Source: Faecousia sp.
Lineage (GTDB): Bacteria > Bacillota > Clostridia > Oscillospirales > Oscillospiraceae
Direction: 5' to 3'
Assembly (NCBI GenBank): GCA_045589835.1
Contig: JAZNPV010000094.1
Coordinates: forward strand, 2,389-66,388
DNA length: 64,000 nucleotides
Below, piece by piece: positions 57,892 through 64,000 of the stretch. The notes under the pieces were generated by a model. The model had not been told where the DNA came from, did no database searches, and was given only the letters and a program-made list of their open reading frames with translations. A program made the translations under genes and the position numbers. Position 1 is the stretch's first letter. Every line of letters begins with the position of its first letter.

Positions 57892-58371
57892 TTATTTTCT
57901 TCTGTAAAGGCACATTTCATACCCGATGCCGTCTTCTTCCCCGGATTGCAGGACCTGCTCCAGTTCCCACGCAGGGTCTTCATCCAGATTATGAAAGAAC
58001 GTATCGGATTCCGGTTTTGCATGTACTTTCGTCACATAGGCCCGGTCACAGAAAGGCAGCATCTGGCGGTAAATGCTGCCGCCGCCGATCACCATACCTC
58101 TGGGCACAGCATTCGCCAGCTTTGCCGCCTCCTCAGGACTTCCGCAGACTGTAAAGCCTGGAATCCGGCCACCCTGCCGGGTCAGCACTACGTTTTCCCT
58201 GCCTGGCAATGGCTTCTTGCCGGGAAAATCTTCAATAGTGCGTCTGCCCACAATGACCATGGCTCCCCGGGTAGTCTCCCGGAAAAACTTTCGGTCAGCA
58301 GACAGGGCTACCGGCTGGGTTCCTCCGCAGCCGATACCCCAGTCGTCATACACAGCAACGATCAGTTCCAT
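57892..58371 (-). CDS. folA: Dihydrofolate reductase
   Basis: LIVAV..WGIG, VGRRT, PLPGRENVVL, IGGGSIY, DTFF. Confidence 0.94.
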   Translation of the reverse strand: MELIVAVYDDWGIGCGGTQPVALSADRKFFRETTRGAMVIVGRRTIEDFPGKKPLPGRENVVLTRQGGRIPGFTVCGSPEEAAKLANAVPRGMVIGGGSIYRQMLPFCDRAYVTKVHAKPESDTFFHNLDEDPAWELEQVLQSGEEDGIGYEMCLYRRK

Positions 58372-58379
58372 CTGTCACC

Positions 58380-59210
58380 TCAGATCGCCATGGGGATCTC
58401 AAAGTCAAAAGGATGGTACTGGTAATCCTCCACCTTGAAGCTGTCCTTGGTAAAGGCGTAGAAATCTTTGATATCGGGATCCAGCGTAACCTTGGGTGCG
58501 GGATAGCCCTCATTTTCCAGCATGGCCTTCACAGCAGGAATATGCCGGTCATAAATATGGCAGTCGGCGATCACATGAACCAGTTCGCCGGCCTCCAGAC
58601 CGGAAACCTGTGCGATCATCATCAGCAGCATGGAGTACTGGCACACATCCCAGTTATTGGCTGCCAGCATATCCTGACTGCGCTGATTCAGAATACCGTT
58701 CAGGGTATTGCCGGATACATTGAAAGTCATGGAATAGGCACAGGGATACAGGGCCATCTCATGCAGATCCTGAAAAGTATAGATATTGGTCATGATCCGG
58801 CGGGAAGCGGGGTTGTTCTTCAGGTCATAGAGTACTCTGTCCACCTGGTCGAACATACCTTCCTTATACTGATGCTTCACGCCCAGCTGATAGCCGTAGG
58901 CCTTGCCGATGGTGCCGTCCTCCTGCGCCCACTCGTCCCACACATGGCTGCCCAGATCGCAGATCCGGTTGGACTTCTTCTGCCAGATCCACAGCAGCTC
59001 ATCCAGCGCAGACTTCCAGTAAGTGCGGCGCAGAGTCATCAGCGGAAACTCTTCCTTCAAATTGTAGCGGTTTACCACGCCGAACTTTTTCACCGTATGG
59101 GCAGGTGTGCCGTCCGGCCAATGGGGGCGCACCTGCAAATCCGTATCATAAAAGCCGTTCTCCAGAATATCCCGGCACGTGGCCCGGTACAATTCATCTG
59201 CTTTGCTCAT
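58380..59210 (-). CDS. thyA: Thymidylate synthase
   Basis: ELLWIW, AYGYQ, SRR, MALYPC, QRSQD, HIYDRH. Confidence 0.96.
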   Translation of the reverse strand: MSKADELYRATCRDILENGFYDTDLQVRPHWPDGTPAHTVKKFGVVNRYNLKEEFPLMTLRRTYWKSALDELLWIWQKKSNRICDLGSHVWDEWAQEDGTIGKAYGYQLGVKHQYKEGMFDQVDRVLYDLKNNPASRRIMTNIYTFQDLHEMALYPCAYSMTFNVSGNTLNGILNQRSQDMLAANNWDVCQYSMLLMMIAQVSGLEAGELVHVIADCHIYDRHIPAVKAMLENEGYPAPKVTLDPDIKDFYAFTKDSFKVEDYQYHPFDFEIPMAI

Positions 59211-59266
59211 AAATTACCCTCCGTAGTATGTGTTTTTCACATTATAACATACTTTTTCTGATATTT

Positions 59267-60154
59267 CTACAAAAAATTCAGCAGATCACCCTGCATGCGG
59301 CGAAGATCGTGCAATCCATCCATTCCGACCATCACAGCCCCCATCTGCTCCAGCTCCCGGCAAACCTGACTGCCATCATCAAAACAAAACACAGGGTTCC
59401 AATTGTGTCGCAGATTTTTTAGGGTTCCGTCCCATGTACCGCCCTTGCCCAATGTACACCGGGCAATCAAAACCAGCTTTGGCAGGCAGTGAATGATCCG
59501 GTTTCGGCTCAGCGCCCGCTGGGGACTGAACGGCAAATCGTAGCCATCCTCCGATAAATACAGCACATTCTCTTGCAACGGCTGCTTCTGTAATGCATCC
59601 GCCACTACGCTGATAACATTGCCGCCATAGGCAAGGCATGCCTCCTGTGCAGTCCGGTCTGCCCCTCTGGCATTGCCGGAAATCAGCACAAATCCCTGCA
59701 AAGCAGCCTGCTTACCCACTTCTGAAGCAAAATTGCGGTGTTTTTCTTCCAGTTCCCGGCTTCCCACCAAGGCCACAGCCGGCATCTGCAGCATACTGGT
59801 ATCTCCTTTTGCCCACAGGCAGCCGGGACAATCCAAGCCGAGCCGGTCACGCAGCACATCCGGATACGCAGCACTGATTCTGGTAACAGGAACACAATCC
59901 TGACGTGCGCCCCGCTGCAAATACCAGCCAAGCAGCGGTTGATCGTTCATAAGTCTCACGATCCGCTCTGCGCCTTCCCGGTCGTAGCCAATGGCACACA
60001 AATCATCGGCTGTCAACTCCCTGTCAGTATCCGGCTTTTCCATATTTTTAATGCGCACCGCCAAGGTTCGCAGCTGCGCTGCCGTCAGCGGTTTGCGCTG
60101 GGGATCTCCCAGACGGGATGTGAGCAGCAGGAATCCCTGCTCCTTCCCGTTCAC
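59267..60154 (-). CDS. DprA/Smf family protein, atypical (ShosA-like)
   Basis: ALVGSR, ISGNARGAD, SRNRII, GGTW motifs; GTG start overlaps the helicase stop. Confidence 0.8.
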   Translation of the reverse strand: MNGKEQGFLLLTSRLGDPQRKPLTAAQLRTLAVRIKNMEKPDTDRELTADDLCAIGYDREGAERIVRLMNDQPLLGWYLQRGARQDCVPVTRISAAYPDVLRDRLGLDCPGCLWAKGDTSMLQMPAVALVGSRELEEKHRNFASEVGKQAALQGFVLISGNARGADRTAQEACLAYGGNVISVVADALQKQPLQENVLYLSEDGYDLPFSPQRALSRNRIIHCLPKLVLIARCTLGKGGTWDGTLKNLRHNWNPVFCFDDGSQVCRELEQMGAVMVGMDGLHDLRRMQGDLLNFL

Positions 60155-61332
60155 TTGAAACGCTTCTTAATCACCGGCGCTTTCACCTCTTCTTCGGTCA
60201 GCATTCCGTCAGCGCCCAGAAGCATGGGCTTTATCTGATAGTTGGAGTATTTTGCAATTTCGTCCAGCTTGGCCTTCTCCGGGAAGTTGCCGATCACAGA
60301 CCATGCCACACCCTTGCGCTTGGCACGGCCGGTTCTGCCAATGCGGTGTACATAGTACTCGTTCTCCTCCGGCACATCGAAGTTGATCACGCAGTCCACA
60401 GCGTCCACATCAATACCCCGGGACGCCACATCTGTGGCAATCAGGATAGCCAGCTTTCCGTCCCGGTATTTCTGCATGGTCTTTTCCCGCTGGCTCTGCC
60501 GGATATCACCGTGAATACAGTCGCAATCCATACCTGCACGCTGAAAATCATCAGAAAGCCGCTGACACATGTGCTTGGTATTACAAAAGATCATCACCCG
60601 CTCATAGCCCTGACTGCGGATCAGCCGCAGTGTGGTCTCCGCTTTTTGAAGCGGTGTTACCGTCAGACTGTACTGTTCAATATCCGGCCGGTCCTCCCAC
60701 TTGGGTTCTACCGTGATCTCCACCTCGTCCCGCTGATACATCCAGGAAACGGTCATGACCTCCTGCGAAATGGTGGCGGAAAACAGGCCCAGATTTTTCC
60801 GGTTTTTAACTTTTTCAATAATGCGTGTCACATCCTTGAAAAAGCCCATGTCCAGCATCCGGTCCGCTTCGTCCAGAACCACAGTCTGGATCTTATCCAG
60901 GCGGATATTCTTCCGGTTATAATGGTCCATCAGCCGGCCGGGTGTAGCAACAACAATTTGCGGTTTCTTCTCAAGTTGCTTCGCCTGCCCCACAATACCT
61001 GCACCGCCGTACAGCACCGCAACACGGATACCTTGATAATAAGTAAGCAATCCCCGCAGCTCATCGCCGATCTGAATGGCCAGCTCCCGGGTAGGTGCCA
61101 GAATCAGACCCTGCACATCCGGACACTCCGAATCCACATGCTCGATCATGGGGATCCCGAAAGCAAAGGTCTTACCGGTACCGGTAGGTGCTTTGGCGAT
61201 CACATCCTTCCACTCCATAAACGGCGGGATCGCCTGCTGCTGGATGGTAGTAGGATAGCCGTAGCCTTTTTTCTCCAATGCCTTCAGCATGGCATCGGAC
61301 AGGCCTAACTTCTGAAACGAAATTTCTTCCAT
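60151..61332 (-). CDS. DEAD-box RNA helicase
   Basis: Q motif, APTGTGKT, PTRELA, TPGR, DEAD, SAT, HRIGRTGR. Confidence 0.95.
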   Translation of the reverse strand: MEEISFQKLGLSDAMLKALEKKGYGYPTTIQQQAIPPFMEWKDVIAKAPTGTGKTFAFGIPMIEHVDSECPDVQGLILAPTRELAIQIGDELRGLLTYYQGIRVAVLYGGAGIVGQAKQLEKKPQIVVATPGRLMDHYNRKNIRLDKIQTVVLDEADRMLDMGFFKDVTRIIEKVKNRKNLGLFSATISQEVMTVSWMYQRDEVEITVEPKWEDRPDIEQYSLTVTPLQKAETTLRLIRSQGYERVMIFCNTKHMCQRLSDDFQRAGMDCDCIHGDIRQSQREKTMQKYRDGKLAILIATDVASRGIDVDAVDCVINFDVPEENEYYVHRIGRTGRAKRKGVAWSVIGNFPEKAKLDEIAKYSNYQIKPMLLGADGMLTEEEVKAPVIKKRFK

Positions 61333-61405
61333 AGTTTTCTTTCCTTCTGTATATCTGTAAGTTTTCTTTATTGTAGCAGTTTTCTTCCCATTTTGCAACC
61401 GAAAG

Positions 61406-61525
61406 ACAAATTTCAGTTTATCGGGCTGTTGTACTGGCGCTTACGCGCCAAAGGCTTCCCCCGGGGGGAAGGCATTTGGTTCTCTGCTTAACTAACCGAT
61501 AAATACAAGATAAATACAAATTTAA
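61406..61525. repeat. Cassette with a different REP-like interior, copy C
   Basis: Ends ACAAA-TTTCAG-TTTAT and ATAAA-TACAAA-TTTAA; interior GGCGC/GCGCC and CTTCCCC/GGGGAAG hairpins. Confidence 0.6.
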
Positions 61526-61625
61526 AGGAAAACTAAGAAACGATTGCAGGCTTTTGTGGACAATCCAAAAAAACTGTGCTATATTATATGGTGAATATTT
61601 GTGTTCTGCTTAACGAGGAGGTTTT

Positions 61626-62303
61626 GTGCAAATTATGGGTAAGCTAATCGTAATTGAAGGCACTGACGGTTCCGGCAAATCCACCCAGTTCCGAATTCTG
61701 TCCCAGCGTTTGGAAAAGGACGGAATTGCGTTTAAACATCTGGTGTTTCCCCGATACAGCGAGGAAAGCTCCGCCCTGATCCGTATGTATCTGGGCGGCC
61801 AGTTTGGTGATAAGCCCACTGATGTGAATGCCTATGCGGCCTCTGCCTTTTATGCGGTGGACCGCTTTGCCTCGTATAAAATGGACTGGGGTGACTGGTA
61901 CGAAAAGGGCGGCGTAGTGCTGTCCGACCGGTATACTACCTCCAACGCTGTCCATCAGGCTTCCAAGGAGCCTGCAGGCCGGCAGGCTGACTACCTGAAA
62001 TGGCTGTACGAATTTGAGTACGATAAGCTGGGTCTTCCCCGTCCCGATCTTACCATTTATCTGGATGTTCCCACCGATTTTACCGAACAGATGCTGCGCC
62101 ACCGGGAACAGGACACAAATACCCATGCGGATATCCACGAAAAAGACATGCAGTATCTGGCCACCTGCCGGAATACCGGCCGTACAGCCGCCGCTTATTA
62201 CGGCTGGACGGTAATCGACTGTGTGAAAGACGGAGCCATGCGCTCTATTGCGGATATCCACGAAGAGATCTACCATCATGTTATGCAATGTCTGGAGGGC
62301 TAA
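61626..62303 (+). CDS. tmk: Thymidylate kinase (start may be 61635)
   Basis: IEGTDGSGKSTQ, FPRY, SDRY, PDLTIYLD. Confidence 0.9.
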   Translation: MQIMGKLIVIEGTDGSGKSTQFRILSQRLEKDGIAFKHLVFPRYSEESSALIRMYLGGQFGDKPTDVNAYAASAFYAVDRFASYKMDWGDWYEKGGVVLSDRYTTSNAVHQASKEPAGRQADYLKWLYEFEYDKLGLPRPDLTIYLDVPTDFTEQMLRHREQDTNTHADIHEKDMQYLATCRNTGRTAAAYYGWTVIDCVKDGAMRSIADIHEEIYHHVMQCLEG

Positions 62304-62305
62304 GT

Positions 62306-62848
62306 ATGGTATACATGTTATTGGGTACCGGCTTTGAGGAAACCGAAGCCATCGCGCCGTTGGATCTTCTGCGCCGGGCTGGCATCGATGTGCTGACTGT
62401 AGGCGTAAACGGAAAGACTGTATACGGCGGCCATGGCATTGGCGTGGAAGCTGATATTACCTTGGATCAGATAAATCTGACAGCGTTGGAAATGATTGTC
62501 CTGCCCGGCGGTCTGGGCGGTGTCGCCTCTGTCCGGGCCAGTGAGCAAGCCATGCACGCCCTGCGTTTTGCATGGGAAAACGGAAAATATGTGGCCGCTA
62601 TCTGCGCAGGCCCCACAGTTCTTGCAGACCTGCACATTACAGACGGGCACAGCGCCACCTGCTATCCCGGCTGTGAGGGCGGAATGGGCAATGCCCGTAT
62701 CCTGCCCGATGCGCCCTGTGTACAGGACGGAAAACTGATCACCGGCACTTCTGCCGGATGCGCGATCCCCTTTGGTCTGGCACTGATTACCGCTTTGAAA
62801 GGTCAGGCTGCGGCTGATGCCGTGAAGGATCAAATTGTGATTCGCTGA
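62306..62848 (+). CDS. DJ-1/PfpI (ThiJ/YajL) family protein
   Basis: GFEETEA, LPGG, AAICAGP, ATCYPG. Confidence 0.92.
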   Translation: MVYMLLGTGFEETEAIAPLDLLRRAGIDVLTVGVNGKTVYGGHGIGVEADITLDQINLTALEMIVLPGGLGGVASVRASEQAMHALRFAWENGKYVAAICAGPTVLADLHITDGHSATCYPGCEGGMGNARILPDAPCVQDGKLITGTSAGCAIPFGLALITALKGQAAADAVKDQIVIR

Positions 62849-62863
62849 CAGGAGGATTCATCA

Positions 62864-64000
62864 ATGGATAATGAACGCAAAGAAGTATCTGGTTCGGAAA
62901 ACGAAAACTGGCTGGATGATATTCTGGGTACAACACCTTCCGCTGAGGAGATCGGTCCGGATGAACATGCCGTTTCTTCTGCCGGCCTGACCCACCCCAA
63001 CGATTTGGAGCTGGAACGTATTCTTGCAGAAGATTGGAATACAGAGCAGGAACCTGAACTCACATCTGCCGAACAGCCGCTTACCGAAGAAACCCAGTTG
63101 TTTGCCGCACCGGAAGATGCCAAGCAGTTCCAGCAACCGCAGGCAGAAAATACCGCAGAGGAAATGCTTCTGCCGGAGGCTGAAGAAGAACCCGCCACAC
63201 CTTCCCGGCGTCCTAAGAAGCAGACCTCTACCCGCAAAGGCCGGCCGAAAATGAAAAAGGGCTATGGTCTTTTCGGCATTCCTCACATTCTGGCAACCGC
63301 TATTTGGCTGCTTATCATTCTTGTAATCGGTGTTTCTCTGGGCCGCACGCTCTGGGTCTGCTGCGCAGATCTGATGGCCTTTGGCAAAACGCCTCAGTCA
63401 ATCACCATCACTATCACTGATGACGACAATATTGAAACCATATCGGAAAAGCTAAGCACTGCCGGACTGATCCGCTATCCCGGCCTGTTCCAAACCTTTG
63501 CAGAATTAACCGGTAAATACGAAAATATCAGCGTAGGCACATTCACGCTGAGTCCCCACCTTGACTATAACGCCATGATCAACGCTATGGGTGAACGGGC
63601 GCCTGCCCGGGAAGAGGTGGAGATCATGTTCCCGGAAGGCTACACCTGTGCCCAGATCTTTGCCCTTCTGGAAGAAAAGAACGTGTGTACCGCAGCAGAG
63701 CTGGAGGCCTATGCTGCTACCGGTGAGCTGGACGAATACTGGTTTATGGAAGGCGTGACAAGGGGCGATAAGTATTGTCTGGAGGGCTATCTGTTCCCGG
63801 ACACCTATAAATTCTATACCAATGATGAACCCCGCCGAGTTCTGGAAAAATTTCTGGATGCCTTTGATTATCGTTATACCGACCTGATGAAGAGTAAGCT
63901 GGAGCCGCTGAACGAACGTCTGGCTTCCGTATTGGCTTCCCGCGGCTATGACGAAGCATTTATCGAAGAACACAAGATCACCATTCGAGAAATTGTTATT
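62864..64000 (+). CDS. mltG: Endolytic transglycosylase MltG, runs off window edge
   Basis: AGGAGG RBS; acidic disordered N-terminus, TM helix, FPEGYT and LEGYLFPDTY motifs. Confidence 0.9.
   Translation, partial: MDNERKEVSGSENENWLDDILGTTPSAEEIGPDEHAVSSAGLTHPNDLELERILAEDWNTEQEPELTSAEQPLTEETQLFAAPEDAKQFQQPQAENTAEEMLLPEAEEEPATPSRRPKKQTSTRKGRPKMKKGYGLFGIPHILATAIWLLIILVIGVSLGRTLWVCCADLMAFGKTPQSITITITDDDNIETISEKLSTAGLIRYPGLFQTFAELTGKYENISVGTFTLSPHLDYNAMINAMGERAPAREEVEIMFPEGYTCAQIFALLEEKNVCTAAELEAYAATGELDEYWFMEGVTRGDKYCLEGYLFPDTYKFYTNDEPRRVLEKFLDAFDYRYTDLMKSKLEPLNERLASVLASRGYDEAFIEEHKITIREIVI

Overview
Mostly core chromosome of a spore-forming Clostridia bacterium, probably Oscillospiraceae-like (inferred from gene content and order). 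It contains rplJ-rplL with the L10 leader, alaS under a T-box, comEC-holA-rnmV, the pyrH-frr-uppS-cdsA-dxr-rseP-ispG-polC-udp operon, glnS, rex, spoIIGA-sigE, rarA, a COG0523 metallochaperone pair, a SipL-like coat protein, a liv ABC operon, an FHA-SEDS fusion plus class B PBP, nfo, metK under a SAM-I riboswitch, thyA-folA, tmk and mltG. Non-routine signals: (1) a family of intergenic cassettes whose ends are inverted ATAAA-N6-TTTAT sites and whose interiors are variable REP-like palindromes (about 13.2, 36.4, 40.6, 61.4 kb); (2) a 1.5 kb AT-rich islet between glnS and rex with a frameshifted secreted toxin-like gene and small membrane (immunity-like) genes, bordered by what may be degenerate ends of the same family; (3) an unannotated ~70 nt two-hairpin sRNA candidate with C-rich loops; (4) a non-canonical tandem operator in front of rex; (5) an orphan ShosA-like DprA coupled to a DEAD-box helicase. 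All calls come from reading the sequence and translations; no database searches were run.
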